DNA from: Abditibacteriaceae bacterium | Lineage (GTDB): Bacteria; Armatimonadota; Abditibacteriia; Abditibacteriales; Abditibacteriaceae | Reading direction: 5' to 3' | NCBI GenBank assembly: GCA_031372065.1 | Contig: JANMKN010000099.1 | Span: 1-20,146 of the forward strand | DNA: 20,146 nucleotides | Shown here: piece by piece, positions 9,552 through 17,785 of the stretch | Layout of the letters: each line of letters begins with the position of its first letter | Position numbering within the stretch: position 1 is the first letter of the stretch | Notes under the pieces: generated by a model | Seen by the model: only the letters and a program-made list of their open reading frames with translations | The model's database searches: none | Told to the model about the DNA's origin: nothing | Made by a program: the position numbers and the translations under genes

Positions 9552-9830
9552 ATGGCGAAACTGCATTTAATGACAAAAACCGACAAGGAAACGGTCTACG
9601 TTTTCGAGTGTCCCGGCTGTGGCTGTGGGCACTGGGTGCGAACGCATGGCCCCGCGCCCGTTTGGTCGTGGAATGGTGACATGGATAAGCCGACTTTCAA
9701 GCCCAGCCTACTGGTGTCGCCTCATACAGACTATCAATGCCATTCCTATGTAACGGATGGTAAGATTCGCTTTCTTCCTGATTCTTATCACGCTTTGGCG
9801 GGAAAAACCGTTGAAATTCCAGAGTGGTAA
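9552..9830 (+). CDS. DUF6527-like small metal-binding protein
   Basis: Pattern FECPGC..GH...W.WNGD..KPTF.PSL...CHSYV.DG.I.F. Confidence 0.8.
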   Translation: MAKLHLMTKTDKETVYVFECPGCGCGHWVRTHGPAPVWSWNGDMDKPTFKPSLLVSPHTDYQCHSYVTDGKIRFLPDSYHALAGKTVEIPEW

Positions 9831-10246
9831 AACCCGATATGAATAATGTTCACATCCCACAATTAGAAGCCAAATGTCACTTGCGCCACTTGAAGATTTA
9901 TTATTCCAATGGCGAAGTGCAGGATTTCGAGGGAATTTTTCGCGGGCCTATTTTCTTGGAAACTGGCGAGGTTTTTGTCATGGTCAGCGTGCCGCAGAGC
10001 CAACGGCACCGGGACGCCACGAACGCTTTTAATGAGATGGTGGGCCTTGAACCTTTGTGTGTTGTTGTAGATGTGCTCGGCGGTGCCGTGCTTTATGAGC
10101 CGCGCAGTGTAGAGCCAGAACGTTTTGCGCCTCCCATTTTGAAGTATTTAGATGAGAATCCGGCGTGGCCTGCCATGCTGGAAATGAGCCATCCGAAAGA
10201 AGAAGAAAACGGAATTCGTTTTCTTTTGGGCGAAATGCCAAAATAA
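9824..10246 (+). CDS. Hypothetical protein (~140 aa; start may be ATG 9839)
   Basis: Overlaps the upstream stop and ends in the terminator arm; normal composition; no family recognised. Confidence 0.7.
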   Translation: MVKPDMNNVHIPQLEAKCHLRHLKIYYSNGEVQDFEGIFRGPIFLETGEVFVMVSVPQSQRHRDATNAFNEMVGLEPLCVVVDVLGGAVLYEPRSVEPERFAPPILKYLDENPAWPAMLEMSHPKEEENGIRFLLGEMPK

Positions 10247-10283
10247 AAGGGAGGCGATAGCTAATGTCGCCTCCCTTTTATTT
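10241..10283. terminator. Bidirectional intrinsic terminator between convergent blocks
   Basis: 17-bp perfect inverted repeat AAATAAAAGGGAGGCGA / TCGCCTCCCTTTTATTT, 9-nt spacer, T tracts on both strands. Confidence 0.9.
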
Positions 10284-10480
10284 CATTTCACGTTGTCGAG
10301 AAAGATGCCGCCGATGATGGCATATTTCCCAAGGATGTCGCCTCTTCTCTCGGAAGGCATTGACGACATGGCACGCACTACCAGCAATGTTGCTTCCAGA
10401 GCCTTATCGTCGTTACGTTTGGCGCGGTCTGCTAAAGCGCCGCACTCGTCTTCAATTTCGCGTCGGATGTCGTCATCCAT
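10283..10480 (-). CDS. Hypothetical protein, 65 aa
   Basis: Last ORF of the - strand block; stop abuts the terminator. Confidence 0.6.
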   Translation of the reverse strand: MDDDIRREIEDECGALADRAKRNDDKALEATLLVVRAMSSMPSERRGDILGKYAIIGGIFLDNVK

Positions 10481-10517
10481 AGTTTTCTTGAACCCTGATT
10501 CCTTGTATCGGGCCTGT

Positions 10518-10709
10518 TCACTCAGGCCACAATTCTTTGGCGAGGCGGTCTACGATCTCGCCCTCTGCGGCGGTCATTTCAATGTGAATTGGATTCGTGT
10601 CAATTTCGTCACAGCGATTAGCAATGTGATCTTCCAAGTCGCTTTGCTCTGCTGGCAAAGCATCCATGATTTCCTGCCACCCGTCGTAAGAAAAACTGCG
10701 TGTGACCAT
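10518..10709 (-). CDS. Hypothetical acidic protein, 63 aa
   Basis: AAGGAG before ATG 10709; D/E-rich. Confidence 0.7.
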   Translation of the reverse strand: MVTRSFSYDGWQEIMDALPAEQSDLEDHIANRCDEIDTNPIHIEMTAAEGEIVDRLAKELWPE

Positions 10710-10779
10710 TGGTTCTCCTTGAAAATCGTTCGTTGGCCTCAATTATAGCCCGCTCTGCGCTGATTTGCCTTGTGCTTAT

Positions 10780-10803
10780 AAACCTCGCGGAGAATTTCTG
10801 CGG
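10780..10803 (-). promoter_or_regulatory. Degenerate copy of the minus-block intergenic motif (copy C)
   Basis: + strand AAACCTCGCGGAGAATTTCTGCGG matches 17874-17897 at 18/24 positions; intergenic and upstream of ATG 10709. Confidence 0.5.
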
Positions 10804-10808
10804 AGGCT

Positions 10809-11681
10809 TCACGCCACATCCAACAAAACCAACTGCTTTTTCTCCTCGGCCCGCTGGCGTTCCAAACGTTGGGCAGCAACGGGATTGAGCCATAAAACTT
10901 CGGTGCGTGGTGCGTTGCTCTGGGCGCGAGCCTGCGTCTCGAATCGCTTCCAGTGCCCTAACATTTCATCGTAAAGACCTGAATGATAGCCAGACAACAA
11001 AACAGGCCCCGGATGCGCTTCCAGCGCTTGCAAAAGCGCTTTGTGCCCTTCGTCGTCCATTTCATGAGCATAAAGGCGCCGCTGGCGTGTTGATAAATGG
11101 TAAGGCGGGTCGGCATAAATCAACACGTCTGCATTGGCGTGGCGCGCGATGACATCCAAGGCGGGGCGATTTTCAATTTGCGCTTGTAACAAGCGTCCGG
11201 CAGCGTAGCGCACTCGATCCGGCAGGCGATGCCATGTCGCCACCGGCGACTGGTCTTCTGCGCAACGTGAACGCCATCCACTGGTGACGGTTCGTTGCTG
11301 CGACGCACAGCCCGCGCGCTGCCCGATGCTTTGCCACATGGACACCGCTAACCGGCGTGCCCGTTCGACGCGATTGCCGCGCGGCTCGCCCAAACGCCGT
11401 CGGCAAAAAACATACTCCGCGCGTGCCCATGGTGTTAGCTCCAAGGCCGCTGCCAATTCATGGGGTTTATCCCGCACCACGCGAAAGAAGTTAACAAGTT
11501 CGCCGTCGCGGTCATTGAGCATTTCCACGTTGGACGGCTCCTTGTTGAAAAAGACGGCGCCGCTGCCAAAATATGGTTCAATATAGCAATCATGCTGCGG
11601 CATATGGCCGATAATCCACTCCGCGATATTCCATTTGCTACCCGGCCATTTGAGAGTCGGGGCATTGAGTTGTGTGGTCAC
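10809..11681 (-). CDS. DNA adenine methyltransferase (Dam/D12-class), orphan
   Basis: GTG 11681 after AAGGAG; LKWPGSKW, motif I EPYFGSGAV, motif IV DPPY; no restriction endonuclease recognised nearby. Confidence 0.92.
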   Translation of the reverse strand: MTTQLNAPTLKWPGSKWNIAEWIIGHMPQHDCYIEPYFGSGAVFFNKEPSNVEMLNDRDGELVNFFRVVRDKPHELAAALELTPWARAEYVFCRRRLGEPRGNRVERARRLAVSMWQSIGQRAGCASQQRTVTSGWRSRCAEDQSPVATWHRLPDRVRYAAGRLLQAQIENRPALDVIARHANADVLIYADPPYHLSTRQRRLYAHEMDDEGHKALLQALEAHPGPVLLSGYHSGLYDEMLGHWKRFETQARAQSNAPRTEVLWLNPVAAQRLERQRAEEKKQLVLLDVA

Positions 11682-12270
11682 GATTCGTTTCTCCTTCCTC
11701 TGGATGAATGTCAAATTGCAGCGGTTCGGGAATGCCGGCGAAGGTGAGATAGCGCAGCATTTGCAGCACGCCAGACAAGGGCAAAGGAAGCCCTTTCTCT
11801 TCGTCCTTGGTGAACGGCGTGCCATATTCTTTACAATCTTCGGCAGGTTCTTCGTCGAGTCGTTCCGGTTTCATGTAAGAATGGAATTTGAACGGCATAC
11901 ATTCGATAAGGAATTCATGCAAATACAAATTGCGCTCGCTGAAAATGCCGGTGCCATCGCATCTCTCGCACTGATCCATGCCGCCAAAGCCGTAATCATA
12001 AGCCATGCCACTGCCGTCACAGTCCCAGCACTTTCGTGTTTCCACGCGTGCAATGCGGCCCCGCGTTAGGTCTGGTTGATGTTCCTGAATCCACAAGTCT
12101 TTGCACTGGTAGAAGCGCAGTCGCGTGTTACGGCAAGAATTGGTTTTCACAAGGCGGTTGCCTGTAAAAACAGCGGCGGCAATGGCGAGTTCATCGCTGG
12201 TGTGCAGCGCACGCCAAGCGTGCCATAGTTCAGGACTGCTCATTTTCGACCAATTAGGAATGCGGCTCAT
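11638..12270 (-). CDS. Hypothetical, YkyB-like protein with an inserted DnaJ-type Zn finger
   Basis: AAGGAGG before ATG 12270; CWDCDGSG and CERCDGTG (CxxCxGxG x2); flanks AVFTGNRLVKT..Y..K and FKFHSY resemble YkyB (tentative). Confidence 0.7.
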   Translation of the reverse strand: MSRIPNWSKMSSPELWHAWRALHTSDELAIAAAVFTGNRLVKTNSCRNTRLRFYQCKDLWIQEHQPDLTRGRIARVETRKCWDCDGSGMAYDYGFGGMDQCERCDGTGIFSERNLYLHEFLIECMPFKFHSYMKPERLDEEPAEDCKEYGTPFTKDEEKGLPLPLSGVLQMLRYLTFAGIPEPLQFDIHPEEGETNRDHTTQCPDSQMAG

Positions 12271-12609
12271 TGGCTGGGGCCTCCTTGAAATCAACGCCGG
12301 TCAAATCCACCCTACCCCACTTTTGTGAGCCACGGTAAGGCAATGGTTCCTCAAGTTGGCGCGCATTTTCTAAAAGCCATCCAAAGCGGCCCTGCTCGTA
12401 GTTGCCATAAATGCCTTCTCGCTCACTGATGGTTTTTGCCAATTCTTCAGTGGGCAGACAATCAATGAGGTCAACAACAGCAATCACACAACCAAAATGC
12501 ATCGTATGCCCCTTTAAATCACAACGCAATGGCTCCAGGAGACGCGCTTTGGATTGCCCTTCTTCTTTCACCGTGAAGAATTTGAGGTGCTTTTTGGTTT
12601 TGGCTCGTG
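12254..12609 (-). pseudogene. ASCH-domain gene, 3' half only
   Basis: FGCVIAVVDLIDC...E...GNY..GRFGWLLEN...L..PLPYRGSQ is the ASCH C-terminal half; the N-terminal QPWA..GxKxxExR motif and a good RBS/start are missing. Confidence 0.7.
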
Positions 12610-13224
12610 CGTTGGCTCCGGCCATGTAATACGGCCTTTCTTGCGCGCCTGAAGGAAAAAGCGTTTGCGCGCTGTGGCCGCGCCGAAATAGGCGGAATTC
12701 AAAACCCGGTAATCCACCTTGTAACCGCGAATTTTGAGTTGCTTTATCCAGTTTTTGAAAAACAGCCCCTTCTTTTCAGGAATCGGACGCCCGCGTTTTT
12801 TCTCATCGGAATGATCGTCAGGATACAGCGGCCCCCAGTTCATGAACTCCGGCACGTTTTCGACGAGAATGTTATCAATGTTGACTTCCTCGGCCCAGCG
12901 AATGACACACCACGCCGTTGCCCTACTCTGCTCGTTCATGGGCTTGGCGCCTCTGGCTCTGGCGTGATGAGTGCATTCCGGCGCGAACACGGCAAAATGC
13001 AGATGGCCGTCCGGCACAATTTTGCGGGGCCAAACGGAATCCAAGTTCTCGCACCAGTGGCGCACGTTAGGATGATTCAGCGAATGCGTTTCAATGGCGG
13101 TGGCCCAGTGGTTTACGGCATCCACTTCGATGTTAATACCCAGTTCCTCGCACGCTTCCAATAAACCACTTGTGCCACCTCCTGCTCCGCAAAAGAAATC
13201 TCCGGCTTTGATAGTGATTTTCAT
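12568..13224 (-). pseudogene. DNA cytosine-C5 methyltransferase, N-terminal half (truncated)
   Basis: Motifs I (DFFCGAGG), IV (PEC), VI (ENVPEF) and VIII (TARKRFF) present; ends about 12 aa after WPEPTH with no TRD or motifs IX/X; ATGA coupling at 13221-13224. Confidence 0.8.
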
Positions 13225-13517
13225 CGCTTGGCCTCGCTTGTGGGTAAACAAAGATGCATCCATGTTTCTTGTCCCCAATGCTGCCAGAAACGGTCATTCC
13301 AATCCGTGGCGCTCTCGCAATTGGGGCAAACGCCGGTATTGGTGCTGTGCCACCGGGGGCCAAACATCCATGTTGTTCCGGGGTGTGTCTGCTGACGGGC
13401 ATCGCACATGGCGCATACATCAGATTTCTCAGATGTGGAGTCAGGTTGGATAATGTCTTTGCAGACGCGGCATACAGCAATGGCTTGAAGCGATTCGTCG
13501 TTCATTAAATGGCTCAT
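13221..13517 (-). CDS. Hypothetical Cys-rich protein, 98 aa (three CxxC pairs)
   Basis: AGGAGG before ATG 13517; CRVC, CAMC, CPNC; stop coupled to the MTase start. Confidence 0.7.
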   Translation of the reverse strand: MSHLMNDESLQAIAVCRVCKDIIQPDSTSEKSDVCAMCDARQQTHPGTTWMFGPRWHSTNTGVCPNCESATDWNDRFWQHWGQETWMHLCLPTSEAKR

Positions 13518-13674
13518 AACGGCACCTCCTGAACTTCACGCGGATATGAATCCGCGATGCTTGGCAGCTCGTCCACGCATCGCGCACGGCTTGCACCAAA
13601 TGAGGCACTGCATCGCGTGTATAACTGTTTTCCGCCACCTGTTTTTCCAGTGCCTCTAACTCATGACTCCACAT
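13441..13674 (-). CDS. Small hypothetical protein, probably frameshifted near 13573 (likely original stop at 13514-13516)
   Basis: AAGGAG before ATG 13674; as read it overlaps the next gene by 77 nt, while a one-base shift gives a stop coupled (ATGA) to ATG 13517. Confidence 0.5.
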   Translation of the reverse strand: MWSHELEALEKQVAENSYTRDAVPHLVQAVRDAWTSCQASRIHIRVKFRRCRYEPFNERRIASSHCCMPRLQRHYPT

Positions 13675-14155
13675 GGGCAGTCTCCTTGTTTGTCAGTTTG
13701 GCGATGATCCGCAGTTTTTCTGCATAACAAAGTGCTACTTCGCGCAAATCATTCAATGATGTCTGATGCTCTTCATGCCAACGGGCGTGATAGGCGACGT
13801 GATCTGAAGCGGGCAAGGCGGCGATTTCCGTTTCAAATAAAGCGCGATCTGTGGGCGAACCGGATAGGGTGCTTTCCAAACAAGTGATAAGCGCCGCGCA
13901 CTCGTTTTCTACGACAGAGGCAAGGGCTTGCTCGAAGGTCTGGCCGAATTGATGAAAAAACCATTTGTCGTGCCCGCCAATCAGGAAGATTGGCATATCG
14001 AGCCTTTCACTGGCGTGATCACTTTCCTGCGGGTCTTTGACTTCGCGCAGTGCATACGCCCCTGCCCCGATGAGGCTACAGGCAATGCACGCGACACGAA
14101 AATCGTCGGCGCGTAGCGTGTAAGGGTTGGATGGGTTGATAATTTCAAACAGCAT
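13661..14155 (-). CDS. Hypothetical protein, 164 aa
   Basis: GAGG before ATG 14155; short overlaps with both neighbours; begins MLFEIINPSNPYTL. Confidence 0.75.
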   Translation of the reverse strand: MLFEIINPSNPYTLRADDFRVACIACSLIGAGAYALREVKDPQESDHASERLDMPIFLIGGHDKWFFHQFGQTFEQALASVVENECAALITCLESTLSGSPTDRALFETEIAALPASDHVAYHARWHEEHQTSLNDLREVALCYAEKLRIIAKLTNKETAHVES

Positions 14156-15263
14156 AACTTGATACCTCGCTAATCTCGTTTGCTTCTCTTGGAAGTTCGC
14201 GCACTCTTAAATCTGCGGGCCATTCGTCCATGTCGCCGCCATGCAAATCGTGCGGGTTCCATGTCCATGAATTGCTGGCGGCGTTTTGGGAAAGCCTCGC
14301 TCGGTTGCCTTCGCGCTCATCAATGTGCGTGGCATCGTTGTCGCTGACGATGACCGTGCGGCCCAATTGCTTGACAAAAACCGGCACCTCCGCTTTGCGG
14401 CACTGGGCAATCGTTGAACGAATCGTCGAAAGGTCACAAGGCCGCGCGCCCGTGCCTGATTCGCCGCCGACAACGATTTGGTCAATGCGCCCCGGCATAT
14501 CACCGTGATTCACAAAACCGTTTGCGCGACTTTTGTTCATCCAAAAACCACGGCGTAAAACATCTACCGAATGCATCTTCGGCCATTGGATGGCAGAAAA
14601 GTCCACCGGCTTCAAAGCCGGCTCATAGGAAATCCACTGCACGCTGGCGGGCGTTTGCATCAAAAGCGGTAAGCGCTCATTCGCCGAGTCTTGGTCTTCG
14701 ATGCTGACGCCTAAATGAAGATTGCGAAGCGGCCAACCTACGTTTACATCTGGATGCAAACAACCTTCGACGGCGTTGCCGGCAAAGGCCCATACTTCCT
14801 CGCCAAACTCGTTCATCGCGGCGGCGGCGATAACCTTGTCCCACTGGACATCGCGTGTGAAATATTCCAGCATACGCTCCGGCCTTTTCGTGAGGACTTT
14901 GTATTTGTGGCGGGCCGTCATTGCCACAACAGCCAATGTTTTATCAATGAAATCGAATGGCACATCTTCGTGGAAAAGGTCGCTCTGGCTCGTCACAAAA
15001 ACCGTCTGAGGCTTTTTCCAGTGCAACGGGTCTTCAAGGCGTTCAGGCACCGTGCGCACAAGGCCCGTCCAGTTCAAATTGCCGCCTTTGGTCTTTTCAA
15101 CAAGGCCCTGATAAAGCGGCCCCACTTTGGGGTTGGGATTGTGACCAAGGCGCCACGCAGTTTTGATGGCGTAGCATAATTTGCAGCCGTCGGATTTTTT
15201 GTCACAACCGAGCGTGATGCCCCACGACATCGTGGCCCACTGAATGGGCGTCTTCGAACTCAT
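14145..15263 (-). CDS. Phage Gp37/Gp68 family (DUF5131), radical-SAM-like protein
   Basis: IQW..SW....GCDKKSDGCKLCYA (Cx6Cx2C), SDLFHE, VLTKRPER, LGVSIEDQ, SYEPAL, VVGGESG.GARP, PVFVKQLG; ATGA coupling at 15260-15263; AGGAG RBS. Confidence 0.93.
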   Translation of the reverse strand: MSSKTPIQWATMSWGITLGCDKKSDGCKLCYAIKTAWRLGHNPNPKVGPLYQGLVEKTKGGNLNWTGLVRTVPERLEDPLHWKKPQTVFVTSQSDLFHEDVPFDFIDKTLAVVAMTARHKYKVLTKRPERMLEYFTRDVQWDKVIAAAAMNEFGEEVWAFAGNAVEGCLHPDVNVGWPLRNLHLGVSIEDQDSANERLPLLMQTPASVQWISYEPALKPVDFSAIQWPKMHSVDVLRRGFWMNKSRANGFVNHGDMPGRIDQIVVGGESGTGARPCDLSTIRSTIAQCRKAEVPVFVKQLGRTVIVSDNDATHIDEREGNRARLSQNAASNSWTWNPHDLHGGDMDEWPADLRVRELPREANEISEVSSYAV

Positions 15264-16567
15264 GATCTTGTCTCCTGTGGTTTTTGGTTTCCTTGTGGCT
15301 TGGTGATAATACGAATACTGCAATGCTGATTAAGGCGCCGCACGCCCTTTGATTGGCGGTGATGTGCGTCCTTTTCGCGCATTTTTACAAGGTGCCGCTG
15401 AATTTGTTCCCAAGTCCAGCGCGGCCCCAGCGTGGCAACGTGTTCAATAATGCGATTGCGCGCCCGCGTCCTAATTGTCTTTTCGCGCCGTTGAGCCTGC
15501 TCAACCACAGGACGCTTTTCCTTGAGGTATTTGACGTGGTTGGCGATTTGCGGCCATGTGCGCTGTGCCCCTTTTTCCGCAACCTGTTTCACGATGAGGT
15601 TGCGACGGCGCGTGATAGCGGCTTTTTTGCCTCGTGGCATCCAGTGCGTTGTATTGGGAGGCAGACCATCGGGAGCCGCGCCTTTGTCCAGCATCGCTTC
15701 AAGATACTCGTCTTGCTTTTTGGTGAATAGAGAGTGCTTTAATTCTAAATTCACCGGCTTGGGACGCGGCCAGCGCGGTGAATCATATTCGGTCAAAAGC
15801 CACTCGGTTTGTTCCTTGGTAAAGCAAGTGCGTCCTTTGGTCGGATTCATAAAATGCAAGCGCATTTTTCCCGCTTTAACCCCGCCCACGCCATGATGAC
15901 GAGCAACTTTGCCGACTTTGGGAATATCCCATCCGGTAACACGTTCGAGTGCCGTGGCAGGCCACGTTTGCCAGCAATACTTGAGAAATTCCACCATCAG
16001 CGGCGAGGCGTTGTGAACCTTATCGCCGAGCGGCCCAAACTTTTTCCAGTATTTTTGCAAAGCGCGTGGTTTGGCTGGACGCGGATCGGCAAGGGAACAG
16101 CGCGACCAACGTAGGGATGTGACTTCCTGTTGTCGGTTGCAAAAGACGACGACATTCGATTGTGGCGTGGCGCCTTTGAAATCCGTTGCCATCTGAATCG
16201 AGCCATGCCGGCACCGCAAACAACCGATTTGCGCGCCGGGCGGGGCAGGGGGGAAAAGTTCCGGCGGCACATGGGAGGCGCCACTTTCGGCGGTGGATAA
16301 CACGCGCGCAAGGCGCTCTCGCGCATAAGCGTTCTGGCAATCACGACAAAAGCAACGATAACCATCGTTGCTTTTGGCCGCGCGCGCCCATTTGGTTTCG
16401 AGCGATTTCCACACACCACACTTGTGACAGTATTTTTCGCCACGTTGCAGGTGGAACAGCACACCTTCGCGCGTGGCCTCAATCTTTTCGGCAAGATCAG
16501 CGATTTGCTTTTCAGTCAAATTGAGCATGGGGATCTCTTGTGTGAAATCTTCTGTTGGTTGGCTCAC
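15260..16567 (-). CDS. Putative multi-domain DNA-binding protein (C4 Zn finger, HTH-like and duplicated Myb/SANT-like segments)
   Basis: GTG 16567 after GGAGG with GTGA coupling; KYCHKC...DG...CRDC; repeats FTKEQTEWL/FTKKQDEYL and RTWPQIANHV/WTWEQIQRHL; basic composition. Confidence 0.75.
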   Translation of the reverse strand: MSQPTEDFTQEIPMLNLTEKQIADLAEKIEATREGVLFHLQRGEKYCHKCGVWKSLETKWARAAKSNDGYRCFCRDCQNAYARERLARVLSTAESGASHVPPELFPPAPPGAQIGCLRCRHGSIQMATDFKGATPQSNVVVFCNRQQEVTSLRWSRCSLADPRPAKPRALQKYWKKFGPLGDKVHNASPLMVEFLKYCWQTWPATALERVTGWDIPKVGKVARHHGVGGVKAGKMRLHFMNPTKGRTCFTKEQTEWLLTEYDSPRWPRPKPVNLELKHSLFTKKQDEYLEAMLDKGAAPDGLPPNTTHWMPRGKKAAITRRRNLIVKQVAEKGAQRTWPQIANHVKYLKEKRPVVEQAQRREKTIRTRARNRIIEHVATLGPRWTWEQIQRHLVKMREKDAHHRQSKGVRRLNQHCSIRIITKPQGNQKPQETRS

Positions 16568-16914
16568 GCTGATTTGCCTCCCTTTTCTGATAAATCGCAA
16601 TCCGCATAATGCAGCGCGCAATCATGCGAGAAGTAGCTGTCGGATTCCACGTTCAAATTGGTGCAAAAGCGAATGGTTTGCTCTCCTTTGGCAATGGTTT
16701 CCGCGCACTGGCGGCAACGGATGCGGCCCGATGATGCCTCGACTTCGGCCCGGCCAATCTCGAAAATCGTCCCGGCGCCGACGTTGCGGCGATAACCGGC
16801 GTGAATATGGCCGCGAATGATGCCCGCGCTACGGCTTGAAATTGTCGTGAATTTTTCCGCGCGCTTTTGGCGGGTCAGTCGGGTAGGGTGCAAGTTGGAA
16901 ATTTTGGTGGTCAT
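16564..16914 (-). CDS. PARP-type zinc-finger-like protein, 116 aa
   Basis: ASSGRIRCRQCAETIAKGE..I.F...LHYADC matches the A.SGR..C..C...I.KGE.....H..C pattern; the start choice (ATG 16914) is uncertain and has no clear RBS. Confidence 0.65.
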   Translation of the reverse strand: MTTKISNLHPTRLTRQKRAEKFTTISSRSAGIIRGHIHAGYRRNVGAGTIFEIGRAEVEASSGRIRCRQCAETIAKGEQTIRFCTNLNVESDSYFSHDCALHYADCDLSEKGGKSA

Positions 16915-16921
16915 GTCTTTG

Positions 16922-16966
16922 AAAACCTGTTGGTGAATTTTTGCAGGGGGAAACACTTCCCCTGCA
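16922..16966 (-). promoter_or_regulatory. Minus-block intergenic motif (copy A) plus adjacent inverted repeat
   Basis: AAAACCTGTTGGTGAATTTTTGCAG (16922-16946) is 24/25 identical to 17873-17897; TTCCCCTGCA (16957-16966) is also shared. Confidence 0.7.
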
Positions 16967-16994
16967 CCATCGCTTGCAGATCTGCCAATTGCGC

Positions 16995-17120
16995 TCAGTA
17001 GCGGCGCTCTGTGCCGCGTCCGCCGCAACGGGGGCAAGAGCCGCCGCCATCCTCGCTAATGTGGTCTAATTCGTCTTCCGGCAGTTCGTCGTGGTCATGT
17101 TCACCATAAAATCGGGGCAT
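16995..17120 (-). CDS. 41-aa acidic peptide with a single CxxCxGxG motif (not in ORF track)
   Basis: AAAAAGGAG 6 nt before ATG 17120; MPRFYGEHDHDELPEDELDHISEDGGGSCPRCGGRGTERRY*. Confidence 0.6.
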   Translation of the reverse strand: MPRFYGEHDHDELPEDELDHISEDGGGSCPRCGGRGTERRY

Positions 17121-17145
17121 ATTCGTCTCCTTTTTGTCGCCATGA

Positions 17146-17175
17146 GGGGCCGGACTTGATTTTTAGTCCGGCCCC
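17146..17175. other. 11-bp GC-rich hairpin after the SWIM gene (terminator, pause or RNA-stability element)
   Basis: GGGGCCGGACT / AGTCCGGCCCC with an 8-nt loop; no U tract follows on the - strand. Confidence 0.6.
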
Positions 17176-17185
17176 GCTGTCGTTT

Positions 17186-17785
17186 TCAATCGAAATAGCT
17201 GTTGTAATCCCAATCGCCATTAGGCAGATAACCGGGCTTCAATTCGCCGGTTTCGGGGTCAATGTGAGGCGGCACCGCAATTTTTTCAACAGGCGAGGCT
17301 TGCGCGTGGGTGAGATGCAAAACCTTTTCAGCATCGCGCCGCAGTTCGCCGCGCCGCACGCAACCTTCAATGAACCGCTCCAAATGCTTGCAATGCAAAA
17401 GCGGCGTTTTGATGCTAATCGTGATGCCTAATTTCTTGGCAGTGGGGTTCAAGCGATAGAAAGAATGCTCGCAGTTGCAACGGCATTCGCCCGTTACAAG
17501 GTCAACTTCGGGGCGATGTTCAATGCCTTCATCGGCGCGTGTGAATGACTTGGTGACGCCACAAGCGATTTCGGGCGTGGTTTCGGCGCGGCGAACACGA
17601 CGGCGAATTGGGGTAGGGTTGTAAGAGCGGGTTTTGCGGTGCGGGCGGACAAAGGTGTCATACGGGCCGCGCCGTGTCTCGTTGTTGGCAACGGCGGAGC
17701 CGACGACGGGCTTTTGGGTTGGTGCGACTTGTGTTGTCTCTTGCGTTGCGGCTTGCGTTGTAACGTCTGTCTGTTGATACTTCAT
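17186..17785 (-). CDS. SWIM zinc-finger protein, 199 aa
   Basis: C.CNCEHSFYR ... HCKHL (CxCx(n)CxH); GGAG upstream of ATG 17785. Confidence 0.8.
   Translation of the reverse strand: MKYQQTDVTTQAATQETTQVAPTQKPVVGSAVANNETRRGPYDTFVRPHRKTRSYNPTPIRRRVRRAETTPEIACGVTKSFTRADEGIEHRPEVDLVTGECRCNCEHSFYRLNPTAKKLGITISIKTPLLHCKHLERFIEGCVRRGELRRDAEKVLHLTHAQASPVEKIAVPPHIDPETGELKPGYLPNGDWDYNSYFD

Noticed and set aside
10809..13224. Restriction-modification system
   Set aside because: No endonuclease recognised; orphan MTases are common in phages and the C5-MTase is truncated.
16911..16997. Readthrough or frameshift extension of the 41-aa peptide (in-frame run to a TGA overlapping ATG 16914; a DGAGEV string in another frame)
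   Set aside because: This stretch contains the motif shared with the non-coding 17873-17927 region, so it is better explained as intergenic; other genes here use TGA as a normal stop, so no recoding is indicated.
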